The translations under genes and the position numbers were made by a program. This document shows, piece after piece, positions 1 to 10,137 of a DNA stretch of 64,000 nt (positions are counted from its first letter, which is position 1; the number at the start of each line of letters is the position of its first letter). The DNA is taken from assembly GCA_016840165.1 (NCBI GenBank), contig JAEOSU010000051.1, forward strand, positions 223,090 to 287,089, written 5' to 3'. The notes beneath the pieces were generated by a model. It worked only from the letters and a program-made list of their open reading frames with translations, was not told the origin of the DNA and ran no database searches. Origin of the DNA: Promethearchaeota archaeon (lineage in GTDB: Archaea > Asgardarchaeota > Lokiarchaeia > Sigyniarchaeales > SOKP01).

Positions 1-2
1 TC

Positions 3-611
3 CCTAATGAACTTATATCTCTCATTGAGAACTTAGAGTACATGGAATCTGTATTTTTTGTTAATATAGGAATAGATTTTGATCCCTCCTCCCATCAAAG
101 AAAAGCATTATGTTATTATTATGGAACTTACGATATTGAAGGGGCAATAGATAATTGTATTTCAGGAAAATATCATGAAGGGAAAGATGGATTCTTAATA
201 TATATTCCTTCCATGCATTCCCCTGAAATGGCACCTCATGGGAATCATGCTGTAACAATATATACCATTGCACCCCATAAATTAGATGAAGGAGATTGGG
301 CACAAAAAGGAGAAGATTTTGCAGAAAAATTATTAATAGAAGCTGAAAAGTACATTCCTGGATTGAGAGAGCATATTCAGACCAAAATCATCCTCACTCC
401 TGATGATTTTAAATCTAGAATTAACGTAATTCGCCATAGTTTTGGAGGATTAGCGCCAATTATTGGACAAACAGGTCCCTCGCATCGAACTCCGATTGAA
501 AAATTATGGTATATAGGAGCATACAGTGAATCTGGAGGCGGAGTAGCGGGAACAGCTCTTGGAGCTCGAAATGTAGCAAAGATGATTTTAAGAGAGACTC
601 AAAATAAGTAA
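3..611 (+). CDS. Phytoene dehydrogenase-like FAD-dependent oxidoreductase, C-terminal part (5' end outside window)
   Basis: Frame is open from base 3. Motifs PSMHSPEMAPHG, TPDDF and HRTPIEKLWYIGA..GGGVAG..LGA are typical of the CrtI-like C-terminus. Confidence 0.75.
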   Translation, partial: PNELISLIENLEYMESVFFVNIGIDFDPSSHQRKALCYYYGTYDIEGAIDNCISGKYHEGKDGFLIYIPSMHSPEMAPHGNHAVTIYTIAPHKLDEGDWAQKGEDFAEKLLIEAEKYIPGLREHIQTKIILTPDDFKSRINVIRHSFGGLAPIIGQTGPSHRTPIEKLWYIGAYSESGGGVAGTALGARNVAKMILRETQNK

Positions 612-1122
612 GTATAGCTATAAAACAAAAGATTTAACCCAACACATCGATTTATTCATTATTTTTCTTAATAATTTAAGCAAGGGTTTTTCACAAACTA
701 TTTTAAGAAAAATTGTTAAATTTTCAATTCATATCATACATATATTTTAACGAAAGCGAGTTTCAATCAAGAAAAATTGATGATCATTGCTTATTAAGAT
801 CTTAATAAATTCTTACTTGAGGGTGATTTGTAACTATTCTATTCAAAATTTATTCAAAATTTGGGATAATATGCTTCAACAAAATGACAATATGTCCCAT
901 GAATTCTGAGAAAAATTTTTATTTTCAATTAAAATTATGAGCCAACGTAGCTTTTATTTTTTAATACTTGCTTATAATGGAAAATAAAAAAAGAAGGAAC
1001 ATCAAACCAGATATTAGCATTCTAATATATTGAATATTCAAATCAAACGGTTATTAAATTGACGAAACATTTTTATAGGTGGAATAACATATTATGGATT
1101 AGAAAATTTCGATTTTCGTTTT

Positions 1123-1201
1123 GTAGTGGAATGTTTTTTTTTAGCCCATAATTTATTCCTCCACGAATTTTTTGGACTCAAAATCTAATACATTCCATTA
1201 C
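1123..1201. other. Long imperfect inverted repeat / stem-loop in 730-bp intergenic region
   Basis: GTAGTGGAATGT (1123-1134) pairs with ACATTCCATTAC (1190-1201). Inner arms are AGCCCA/TGGACT and ATTC/GAAT. Confidence 0.45.
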
Positions 1202-1339
1202 TTTTTTCTTTTTTCCGCTTTAGGACTTTTTTTTTTGAATAAATTTGTTTTTGAAATAAAGAGGTATTACTGGGAATGAATTAAATATGAGAAGAAGAAT
1301 ATTATTTGGTAAAAGTAAGAGAAATGATTAATAAAAGTT

Positions 1340-2539
1340 CTATTCTTCTTCTTCTTTAACTTTTTTAATTTCATCAATAAGTACGGGAATTACTTTATGA
1401 AGATCGCCAACGATACCATAATGAGCAACACTAAAAATCGGAGCATTTGGATCCTTGTTAATCGCTACTATAATTTCTGAATTTTCCATTCCAACTAAAT
1501 GTTGAATCGCCCCTGAGATGCCACAAGCAACATATAACTTGGGAGTAACGGTCTTTCCAGTTTGTCCTACTTGTCTATCTTGATCTAACCAATTTAACTC
1601 AATAGTAACTCGCGAACCTCCCATTTCAGCTCCTAAGACTTCTGCCAATTCTTCAATAAGCTTAAAATTTTCTTTTGATCCAACCCCTCTTCCTCCTGCT
1701 ACTATAATTTCAGCATCTTCGAGATTAATTTTTTCCTTCTGTTTCTTTACAATCTTTAAGATTTTCGTTACCGAATCTTTCTCTTCGAATTTTTTTATAA
1801 TTGTTGTAATTTTAGGCTTCTTCTTTGCTATCTTATTTGCTTTAAATATTCCTGGACGTACGGTAGCCATCTGGGGTCGACTTGTAGGGGTTCTTATTGT
1901 CGCCATAATATTTCCACCAAACGTAGGACGGGTTTGAAGCAAATTTTTTGTATCTTCTTCAATTTCTAATCCAGTACAATCTGCAGTTAATCCAGCATTC
2001 AGTTTTTTTGCAATTCGGGGTGCAAAATCCCTTCCCGTCGGCGTTGCTCCAATCAGTATAACTTCAGGTTTGCGATCCTCAATTATTTCAGATAGAGCTT
2101 TTACATACAAGTCTGAATAGTAATTCTTTAATAGCTTTGATTTAATATAGATGACTTCATCCACGCCGTAGTCACCAAAAGTCTCTAAAACCTCTTCAAA
2201 GTCATCTCCAAGAATTACTACTGTCAAAGACACATTTAATTCATTAGCAAGCTCTCTACCTTTCGTTAATAACTGATACACCACATTATGGATATTTTCT
2301 TGAAAATGTTCCGCAATAACCCACACTCCTTTGAATAAGGTTTTATCGATCTTGTCAATATACTCTTCCCGTTCTAAAGTGATTGCTTCTACTGGACATG
2401 CATCAACACAAGCTCCACATAATGTACAATCTCCAGTTATAACTGCAACATTTTCTATAAGTTCGATTCCGCCAAAAGGACAACTTGCGACACAACTTCC
2501 ACAACCTGTGCATAACTCATCATCTATGATAATACTCAT
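1340..2539 (-). CDS. etfA: Electron transfer flavoprotein alpha subunit with N-terminal 2x[4Fe-4S] ferredoxin domain
   Basis: CTGCGSCVASCP and CTLCGACVDACP, then ETF motifs GLTADCT, RPTFGGN, QVGQTGK, GISGAIQH, AINKD. Confidence 0.93.
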   Translation of the reverse strand: MSIIIDDELCTGCGSCVASCPFGGIELIENVAVITGDCTLCGACVDACPVEAITLEREEYIDKIDKTLFKGVWVIAEHFQENIHNVVYQLLTKGRELANELNVSLTVVILGDDFEEVLETFGDYGVDEVIYIKSKLLKNYYSDLYVKALSEIIEDRKPEVILIGATPTGRDFAPRIAKKLNAGLTADCTGLEIEEDTKNLLQTRPTFGGNIMATIRTPTSRPQMATVRPGIFKANKIAKKKPKITTIIKKFEEKDSVTKILKIVKKQKEKINLEDAEIIVAGGRGVGSKENFKLIEELAEVLGAEMGGSRVTIELNWLDQDRQVGQTGKTVTPKLYVACGISGAIQHLVGMENSEIIVAINKDPNAPIFSVAHYGIVGDLHKVIPVLIDEIKKVKEEEE

Positions 2540-2552
2540 TCTCTTTAACCTC

Positions 2553-3371
2553 TCATATGATCTTATCTTCCTTCAGGTTATCACATAAGCTCTGAGACAT
2601 CTCTTCTATTGTTCCTTCAAGCTTGATATGTTCTCCTTTACGTTGAGGAACAAAAATCCGCCATACTTCAGTTTGAGAACCGTTTAACCCTAATTCTTTA
2701 CTGTCTACTTCTAAATCTTCTGCAGTTAAGGGAATCACCTTTTTTTTCGAATAAGCATCAACAGTACCTTTCATACTAGGGTTTCTTGGTTTATTTATTT
2801 CCTTAAGTACTGAAATTAAAGCAGGTAATTTCGTTTCGATAATTACAACTTCTTCTGCTCTGAATGCCCGTTCGACTTGGATTTTATCTTTTCCCTTCAT
2901 TTCGAATTTTAATACATAGGTAATTTGGGGAATATTTAATTCTTCTGCAAGTTCTGGTCCCACTTGTGCAGTGTCGCCATCAATGGCTTGAGTACCACAG
3001 ATAACAAGATAATCCTCCTTTTCCTGTGATTCTTCTAACAGTTTTTTTATTCCCAAAGCGAGAGTATGTGAAGTGGCTAAAGTATCAGCTCCCGCAAATG
3101 CTCTATCAGTTAGCAAATATGCGATATCAGCTCCCATTGCTAATGCTTCCCGCAAGGCTTTTTCGGCTTGAGGAGGCCCCATACTCAAAGCAATCACCTC
3201 TCCACCATACTTTTCTCGGAGGGAAACTGCCAATTCAATAGCATGTTTGTCGTGCGGATTTACAATCGAGGGAATTCCTTCTCTCACTAGCGTATTACTT
3301 TTTGGATCGATTTTAACTTCAGAAACCCCGGGAACTTGCTTGATACACACAAAAATTTTCAAATTTACCAC
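2553..3371 (-). CDS. etfB: Electron transfer flavoprotein beta subunit
   Basis: CIKQVP, NPHD, DRAFAGADTLAT, QAIDGDTAQVGP motifs; adjacent to etfA. Confidence 0.93.
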   Translation of the reverse strand: MVNLKIFVCIKQVPGVSEVKIDPKSNTLVREGIPSIVNPHDKHAIELAVSLREKYGGEVIALSMGPPQAEKALREALAMGADIAYLLTDRAFAGADTLATSHTLALGIKKLLEESQEKEDYLVICGTQAIDGDTAQVGPELAEELNIPQITYVLKFEMKGKDKIQVERAFRAEEVVIIETKLPALISVLKEINKPRNPSMKGTVDAYSKKKVIPLTAEDLEVDSKELGLNGSQTEVWRIFVPQRKGEHIKLEGTIEEMSQSLCDNLKEDKII

Positions 3372-3474
3372 ATAGCAGTAATTTTTTATTTGTATAAAAT
3401 ATTAAAACACTTTTAAACAATATATTTTTGTCTTTTGAAAGATTTTACAAAAGAATCAAATTTAAGCAATTGTA

Positions 3475-4626
3475 TTATCTTTTCCTTAACATATGACTAG
3501 CGATGACTAATCGTTGAATCTCGCTTGTACCTTCATAAATCTCTCCTAATTTTGCATCACGAAAATATCTTTCAACAGGATATGCCTTCATCAGCCCGTA
3601 TCCTCCGTGAATCTGTAATGCCTGATGTGCAGCATTCATTGCAGCCTCTGAAGCTACAAGTTTTGCCATTGAACCTGCTAATCCGTATGGCTGTCCTTGA
3701 TCACATAACCATGCTGCTCTATAGGTTAATAATCTTGAAGATTCCACGTCTGTGGCCATATCTGCTATCTTCCATTGAATCCCTTGAAATTTTGCTATCT
3801 TCACTCCAAATTGTTCGCGTTCATTCGCATATTTGATGGCTTCTTCCAAACATCCTTGGGCTAATCCAAGACATTGTGCAGCGATAACAATACGTCCATA
3901 ATCTAGAATCTGAAGTCCTAATTTAAAACCACCACCAATATTTCCTAAAATTTGATCATCGGGTACTCTTACATTATCAAACACTAATTCTGAAGTGTTT
4001 GAAGCTCTACAACCTAATTTATCTTCTTTAACTCCGACAGAATAACCTGGGGTATCACTATTAACAATAAAAACGGTTAGTTCTTTTCGAGAGCCCTTTT
4101 CTCCTGATTTTGCTACAACAAGCATTGTTTCAGCAATTCCACCATTTGTTGCGAATATTTTACTTCCATTCAAAATCCATTCATCTCCATCCTTTTCAGC
4201 TGTCATTTGAACACCACCAGCATCAGAACCTGCATTTGCTTCGGTTAATAAAAAGGCTCCAATCTTTTCACCTTTTGCTACTGGGATAAGGAATTTTTGC
4301 TTTTGTTCCTCTGTTCCATACTTATAAATAGGATAAGCACAGACAGAACAATGAACACCAGTTGTAATAGCCCAAGAAGCATCTATCCTTCCAATTTCTT
4401 CCGTAATTATTGCAAAAGCTATAGTATCATCATGTAAGCCCGCTCCACCGTATTCTTCTGGAATACATGTTCCAAAATAGTTTAATTCTTTCATTTTCTT
4501 CATGACTGTTGGATCTAATTCTTGTATACGATCAGATTCTTCCGCTACTGGAGCAATATATTCTTCAGCAAATTCACGAGTAAGCTTTCTTATCATTTTT
4601 TGTTTTTCTGTTAACTCAAAATCCAT
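3475..4626 (-). CDS. Acyl-CoA dehydrogenase (butyryl/short-branched type)
   Basis: LTEANAGSD, NGSKIFATNG, REQFG, QIHGGYG, EIYEGTSEIQR; likely start at MDFEL. Confidence 0.92.
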   Translation of the reverse strand: MDFELTEKQKMIRKLTREFAEEYIAPVAEESDRIQELDPTVMKKMKELNYFGTCIPEEYGGAGLHDDTIAFAIITEEIGRIDASWAITTGVHCSVCAYPIYKYGTEEQKQKFLIPVAKGEKIGAFLLTEANAGSDAGGVQMTAEKDGDEWILNGSKIFATNGGIAETMLVVAKSGEKGSRKELTVFIVNSDTPGYSVGVKEDKLGCRASNTSELVFDNVRVPDDQILGNIGGGFKLGLQILDYGRIVIAAQCLGLAQGCLEEAIKYANEREQFGVKIAKFQGIQWKIADMATDVESSRLLTYRAAWLCDQGQPYGLAGSMAKLVASEAAMNAAHQALQIHGGYGLMKAYPVERYFRDAKLGEIYEGTSEIQRLVIASHMLRKR

Positions 4627-4772
4627 AATAACCAATTATAGTATATATTAGTTGTTTAGATACAAAATATAATTAAAACTACTTTAAAAGAATAAATGTT
4701 TTCATTTTATTGAATTAAAAATCCTTAAAAATAACTTCTTATATCCGATTCGACAAGAGGAAAAAAAAATAT

Positions 4773-5582
4773 TTAATTAGTTATAACAAAAGGCATTTCA
4801 GAATCCGGTTTGCGAGAGAGTTTATTAGGACCGAAATATATAAGAACAAGAATAAGATAAACACCAATCATTATGCCTCCCCCAATATAGAATATCATCT
4901 GAGGTAATAATCCTAAATATCCAGTAATAAAAGCTCCATTAAAGTTAAAGCAGAAATGGAATAATACGGCGATTATCAGACTTCCTTTAGTGTTATTATA
5001 CCCCCATGTTATTAAAATTGAAATTACAAGATTTAGGAAAATAAATATATAAAAAGGTATGCGGGTTTCAACAAAATATAACGGGATATGCCAACAACCC
5101 CATATCAACCCTAAAACCAAGCTTGAAGCTAAGGCACTAAATTTTGATTCAAGTCTTGGTAAAGCAAATCCTCTCCATCCTGCTTCCTCGCTTAAAGGAC
5201 CGGATAATAGAGTAGTTAACAAGTAAAATAGAAACAAAGGAAAAGTTAATCCAGTTACTGGTCCTGGTGCGCTCCCTCCAAGCAAAAGATAAATCCCTGA
5301 AAAAATAAGTGGAGCAATCATTAAAAGAAATGCGGCTAAATACCATTTATAACCTACTTTCCATTTTAGAAATCCCTTTAAGAGGATTTTTACTTCTGTC
5401 CAACCTCCAATTAACCAAGAAGTAATCAAAGCTGCTATTGTTGGATTCCAAACTGAAAAAAACCAATAAATTATGAAATCTAAACCCCAAAATAATCTAA
5501 GAATAACAGTTACAATCATTATCAGATAAGTTAATACAAAATAGAAAGTAAGCGAATACTTTTTAATAAATTCTGAAGACAT
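4773..5582 (-). CDS. CPBP/Abi (CAAX type II) intramembrane metalloprotease
   Basis: Multi-TM protein with EEAGWRG, WGCWH and HFCFN motifs. Confidence 0.88.
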   Translation of the reverse strand: MSSEFIKKYSLTFYFVLTYLIMIVTVILRLFWGLDFIIYWFFSVWNPTIAALITSWLIGGWTEVKILLKGFLKWKVGYKWYLAAFLLMIAPLIFSGIYLLLGGSAPGPVTGLTFPLFLFYLLTTLLSGPLSEEAGWRGFALPRLESKFSALASSLVLGLIWGCWHIPLYFVETRIPFYIFIFLNLVISILITWGYNNTKGSLIIAVLFHFCFNFNGAFITGYLGLLPQMIFYIGGGIMIGVYLILVLIYFGPNKLSRKPDSEMPFVITN

Positions 5583-5671
5583 AATATATGAAATTTGACT
5601 TTTTTATATAAAAAGATTTCATAGCTCAATATTTAATTAGTATTATATTTTATTATTGCATACTTAAATTT

Positions 5672-6490
5672 ATGGCGAATAGCACTCAACACTTCGAAAT
5701 TTCAAAACTTAAAGAATACCTATACGTGATTAAAGAAAATATCTCTCTTGTTCATCCTATTTATACAAATGATCCCCTAAATATGTATCTGCTTTTAGGA
5801 GAGCATTCGGCTCTACTACTTGATACTGGTTGTGGTCTCTCTCCTATCAAACCAGTTGTTGAAGATTTAATTGCAGATCGTGAGTTAATCGTTTTAAACA
5901 GCCATACTCACTGGGATCATATCTTAGGAAATAATGAATTCGGAGAGGTGTTTGTACACGAAGAAGAAGCCCATATCGTTTCACAATCCTATGATGTTTC
6001 GTATTTTCAAGACTCTCCTAACAAGAAAGTTATTCAAATATATGCAAATCAGAATTTTCTAATTACTCCAGCTCCAGTTATAAAAACATTCAAAGATCAA
6101 GATGAATTTGACTTGGGTGGATTAAAAGTGAAAATTATACATTGCCCAGGACATTCTCCTGGCTCTGTTTGTTTACTTACGAGTAAAAACGAACTTTTCA
6201 CTTCTGATGTGGCTTATTACGGAGATCTTTTTTTACCAAATAGGGTAGAAATTCCCCAGGTCCTTAATTCTCTAAATAAATTGATAAATATATGTAAAAA
6301 AGAAAATATTAAAAAATTATACCCCTCTCACAGAAAAACACCTTGCGAGATAGGTCTGTTGATAGACCTCCGTAATGCGATTAATAATATTGAAAATAGA
6401 TGGGATACTAAAAAGTCGTTTGATTTCTTTCAATCATGGCAAATTGGTGAGATAACAGAGAAATTCAGATTTTTTGTGGCTAAGTACTAA
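5672..6490 (+). CDS. Metallo-beta-lactamase-fold hydrolase
   Basis: LLDTG, SHTHWDH, PGHSPG, SD and PSH motifs. Confidence 0.88.
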   Translation: MANSTQHFEISKLKEYLYVIKENISLVHPIYTNDPLNMYLLLGEHSALLLDTGCGLSPIKPVVEDLIADRELIVLNSHTHWDHILGNNEFGEVFVHEEEAHIVSQSYDVSYFQDSPNKKVIQIYANQNFLITPAPVIKTFKDQDEFDLGGLKVKIIHCPGHSPGSVCLLTSKNELFTSDVAYYGDLFLPNRVEIPQVLNSLNKLINICKKENIKKLYPSHRKTPCEIGLLIDLRNAINNIENRWDTKKSFDFFQSWQIGEITEKFRFFVAKY

Positions 6491-6567
6491 ATTTCTCTTA
6501 ATTGATAATTTATAATCCAAACTAAAAAATAATCAAGCTGTTTGTTTAAATATGAGGTGATAATTGA

Positions 6568-7077
6568 ATGGCGAAAATTGCTATTTTAGCAACTGATGGA
6601 TTTGAAGAAGCAGAATTAATTTACCCCTTTTATCGATTAAAGGAAGCCGGTCATGAAAGTGTGTTGATTAGTCTTGGAAAACGACCAATAGAGGGAAAAT
6701 TTGGTTATCTTATGAAACCAAGTTTTAAAATTGTAGATGTAAATGCCGATGATTATGATGGAGTAATTATTCCCGGTGGAACTAAAAACCCCGATTATTT
6801 AAGAAGAAATCAAGTGATACTCGAGTTTGTGCATAAAATCAACGAGCAAAAAAAATTGGTAGGGGCTATATGTCATGCTGGATGGGTTTTGATATCAGCA
6901 AAAGTCATAAAAGGGCGAAAGGCTACAAGTTATTATGCGATAAAAGATGATATGATTAATGCTGGAGCAGATTTTCATGATAAATCAGTGATAGTGGATG
7001 AAAATTTAATCACTTCCCGAATGCCGGATGATTTACCTGATTTTATGAGAGCTGTCTTAAGATTCTTACAAGAGTAA
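6568..7077 (+). CDS. pfpI: PfpI/DJ-1 family protein (class I glutamine amidotransferase-like protease/deglycase)
   Basis: DGFEEAE, IPGG, AICHAG and TSRMPDDL motifs; RBS GAGGTGA upstream. Confidence 0.9.
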   Translation: MAKIAILATDGFEEAELIYPFYRLKEAGHESVLISLGKRPIEGKFGYLMKPSFKIVDVNADDYDGVIIPGGTKNPDYLRRNQVILEFVHKINEQKKLVGAICHAGWVLISAKVIKGRKATSYYAIKDDMINAGADFHDKSVIVDENLITSRMPDDLPDFMRAVLRFLQE

Positions 7078-7196
7078 CTTATTAATTAATTCTAACTTTT
7101 TTTATCCATTAATATTTTTAATAGAAATTAATACATATTTTTAACATATTAAACCAGATTTTATTTAAGAAATATACTTTGAAAGAGATTATTAGC

Positions 7197-7691
7197 ATGA
7201 AAATTTTGATAATATATTATACAATGGGAGGAAGAACTAAAAAGACCGCTGAAGCGATTGGTAGCACGTTAATCGATCACGAGGTTAATTATTTTGCAAT
7301 AGAACTACGTGGAAAAAGAATTGAAAAAATAAAACAGTTTGACAGGTTTCAAAATGGAGATTACTCTGAGATTGAAAAAAATCTTAATTCCTTGGATATC
7401 AAACCTTTTGAATTAATAATAATTGGAATGCCCACTTATGGAAAGTTCCCCCCCAAAACGTTTGATGAAATCATTAGAAGGATGGGAAATTTAAACAATA
7501 AAAAGGTAATCGTATTCACGACCGCTAGATTCTCGGGAGGAAAAGCCCGTGATTACATGGAATCGAAAGTAGAAAATTCTGGTGGAAGGGTGATAAAAAA
7601 AATGAAATTTAAAAGACTTTTTTGGATTGGAACTAAAAGAGCACTAAAATACGGGAAAGTTCTCAATAAGGCTTTTGACCAAAGACCTTAA
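7197..7691 (+). CDS. Flavodoxin-like protein
   Basis: YYTMGGRTKKTAEAI (flavodoxin P-loop-like), IIGMPTY, VIVFTT; likely start at MKILII. Confidence 0.75.
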   Translation: MKILIIYYTMGGRTKKTAEAIGSTLIDHEVNYFAIELRGKRIEKIKQFDRFQNGDYSEIEKNLNSLDIKPFELIIIGMPTYGKFPPKTFDEIIRRMGNLNNKKVIVFTTARFSGGKARDYMESKVENSGGRVIKKMKFKRLFWIGTKRALKYGKVLNKAFDQRP

Positions 7692-7738
7692 AAGTTTACA
7701 TCTATTTTTTAATTCTAAATTTAATTTTTTTAACAAAG

Positions 7739-8728
7739 ATGAGATTTCATTATATTATCTTAGTATTAATTCTAAATCCTATATTGTTATGTATCACATC
7801 ACAATTTAATGGGATTTCTGATTATAATGCTAATAACAAATTAAATGAAGACTGGCCTACAACCTCCCAATCATATATCGATCATCCTCCTATTCTGATA
7901 ACAAGTGACGGCGTTTTTTCAGGATATTCTTTTACGGGAAATGGAACTTCTGATAAACCCTATATTATTGAAGGATACAATATTACGGCTGTTGGTTCTC
8001 TCACATTTGGAATTGAAATAAGGAACACATATTCTCATTTCATTATAAGAGATTGTATTATTTATACCGAGTTTATGGGAATAGGGTTATCTTATATTCA
8101 AGCAGGAACTTCAAAAATTTCTCATAATATATTGATTTCAACTACTAATGACGGCAGTGGAATTGCATTAAGACATATGAATAACAGTACTGTTGAACGG
8201 AATACATGTAATGGTTTCATTCAAGGAATTCATATTGATGATGTTTATGGATGTAGGATCCATAGTAATATAATAATCAATTCTGAATATCAAGGGATTA
8301 ATATTCGCTATTCTGATTCAAACATTATCACAAATAATATTATTACTAACACAAATCAACATGGAATAGCTATTGTAGGAACCTCAATAAATAATACAAT
8401 TCACCATAATAGATTAGAAAACAATGCATGGGCAGACTCCTATGATATTGATGGAGGTCCATCCCAAGGCCCCCCAAATAGTCAAGCTTATGATGAGGGT
8501 TCTAATAATATTTGGTATGATGAAGAGTCTCAAGAAGGTAACTTTTGGTCAGATTACTTTGGAATCGGACCTTACTCTATAGATGGACCTACTGGTGCCG
8601 TAGATCTTTATCCTTTTCACACGACAGGATTAACTCCCTTTATTATAATAATCACAATAATCCCATCTATTGTAGCGATTTCAGTGCTTCTTATACTTGT
8701 TTTAAGGAAGAGACGAAAAAATAACTAA
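7739..8728 (+). CDS. Surface protein with right-handed beta-helix (NosD/CASH-like) repeats, signal peptide and C-terminal TM anchor
   Basis: GNGT..PYII motif, Asn-rich GI..S..N.I..N repeats, GNFWSDY, C-terminal TM helix followed by RKRRK. Confidence 0.8.
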   Translation: MRFHYIILVLILNPILLCITSQFNGISDYNANNKLNEDWPTTSQSYIDHPPILITSDGVFSGYSFTGNGTSDKPYIIEGYNITAVGSLTFGIEIRNTYSHFIIRDCIIYTEFMGIGLSYIQAGTSKISHNILISTTNDGSGIALRHMNNSTVERNTCNGFIQGIHIDDVYGCRIHSNIIINSEYQGINIRYSDSNIITNNIITNTNQHGIAIVGTSINNTIHHNRLENNAWADSYDIDGGPSQGPPNSQAYDEGSNNIWYDEESQEGNFWSDYFGIGPYSIDGPTGAVDLYPFHTTGLTPFIIIITIIPSIVAISVLLILVLRKRRKNN

Positions 8729-8788
8729 ATTTTATTTACTTCATTTATTTTTGAATTAATCTAACCCAATCTAAGGTCATTTTTAGTA

Positions 8789-9118
8789 CTAATTTTTCTC
8801 CTTCACCAACGTTAAAAGCTTTTTAATTTTTTCCTCGTCAATGTCATAAGTACTTTTAATTTTAATATGACGCATTGTTTTCCCAGTTCCTTCAAGGAGT
8901 TTAATCTCATCTTTACTTAAATTTTTCATCGAAAACCCTAAATTTACATGGGTTTTTAGAGCAACGAAATAATATAAATTTCCATAGTTGGGTACTCCCC
9001 ATTTCATTTCTTCTTTTATAGAAGGAAAAGTCTTCAATATTATCTCTCTGAGCCTTCGACAGATCTCTTTTTGGGGTGAGTTTTGCTCCTCTATATATTG
9101 GCTTACTTTCTCATCCAT
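8789..9118 (-). CDS. DUF1801 (YdhG-like) protein
   Basis: YIE...LREII...EEMKWGVPNY...HVNLGF...LEGTGKTMRHIK pattern. Confidence 0.82.
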   Translation of the reverse strand: MDEKVSQYIEEQNSPQKEICRRLREIILKTFPSIKEEMKWGVPNYGNLYYFVALKTHVNLGFSMKNLSKDEIKLLEGTGKTMRHIKIKSTYDIDEEKIKKLLTLVKEKN

Positions 9119-9240
9119 GATTTTATTCTTCTTATAATTTGAATCAAAAATGTTTATAAATTAGATTAGTGTTTCACAGTATTATATGTTCACTATTTAA
9201 TTAAACTCACAATTTTAAATTATTTGAAAATGCGATTAAT

Positions 9241-9933
9241 ATGACTGAAGAATCTAATCTAACAACAGAAGAGCAGATTAAAAAAGATATTGCTAAAGAG
9301 GAAAAAATATATTTGAGGAATTTTTCTAAAATCATCTTTTTCTATCCACTCTTCCTTACATCTTTTATTTTGTTTCTGATTCAATTTTTTACAGGAATAG
9401 ATGAACCAGGACTTGGAGCAATTTGGGTCACTGTTTTTTTCGCTAATTTATTTGTAATTGCTTTTGATACCTCATCAATTAAATTTTTAATCCTACTCTT
9501 AATTGCTATCATTTTAATCATCATATTTGCTTTTCTATTTCATCCAAGTACAATAATTTCACAAATTTTGTCATTTGAGATTACAATTACAATGAGTTAT
9601 CAATTCTATCTTGTCTCAACAATTATTCTTGGACTGATCTTTTTAATAGCCTGGATTTCAACAAGGTTTGATTACTGGAAAATAGAACGTAACGAAATAA
9701 TCCATAAAAAAGGAATATTTATATCAATTGATAGGTATCCAACAAAAAATCTTAGAATAAAAAAAGAAATTCCTGATATTTTCGAATTTGCATTATTAAG
9801 AGTTGGTAGAATTCAATTTTTTTTCGGAGGACAAGATTTGATTGACCTTAATACTATTATAAATATCAATAAAAAAGCGAAGCAATTAGATTACCTACTC
9901 AGTGATATCGAAGTTGAGGTGGAAAAGCCCTAA
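9241..9933 (+). CDS. Membrane protein (about 4 TM) with soluble C-terminal domain, possibly PH-like
   Basis: Hydrophobic segments followed by YWKI..NEIIHKKGIF; function unknown. Confidence 0.6.
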   Translation: MTEESNLTTEEQIKKDIAKEEKIYLRNFSKIIFFYPLFLTSFILFLIQFFTGIDEPGLGAIWVTVFFANLFVIAFDTSSIKFLILLLIAIILIIIFAFLFHPSTIISQILSFEITITMSYQFYLVSTIILGLIFLIAWISTRFDYWKIERNEIIHKKGIFISIDRYPTKNLRIKKEIPDIFEFALLRVGRIQFFFGGQDLIDLNTIININKKAKQLDYLLSDIEVEVEKP

Positions 9934-10137
9934 TCTTATCTTCTAACTATAGTAAAAATCGTTTTAATTTAATAAATACAATACCCAAATTGGTCTTTTA
10001 AAAATTCCAATTAAGGCATGATCCTTTCCTTATTATGTATAATAAAATTTAACCTAGTTTGAGCGATAAAATAATTTAATAAATTATTATACTTTAAACC
10101 AAATTAGTAATAATAAAATCAACTACGTGATTTTCGA

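Noticed and set aside
841-862. Tandem repeat ATTCAAAATTT x2
   Set aside because: Only two short AT-rich copies with no spacers; this is expected by chance and is not a CRISPR array.
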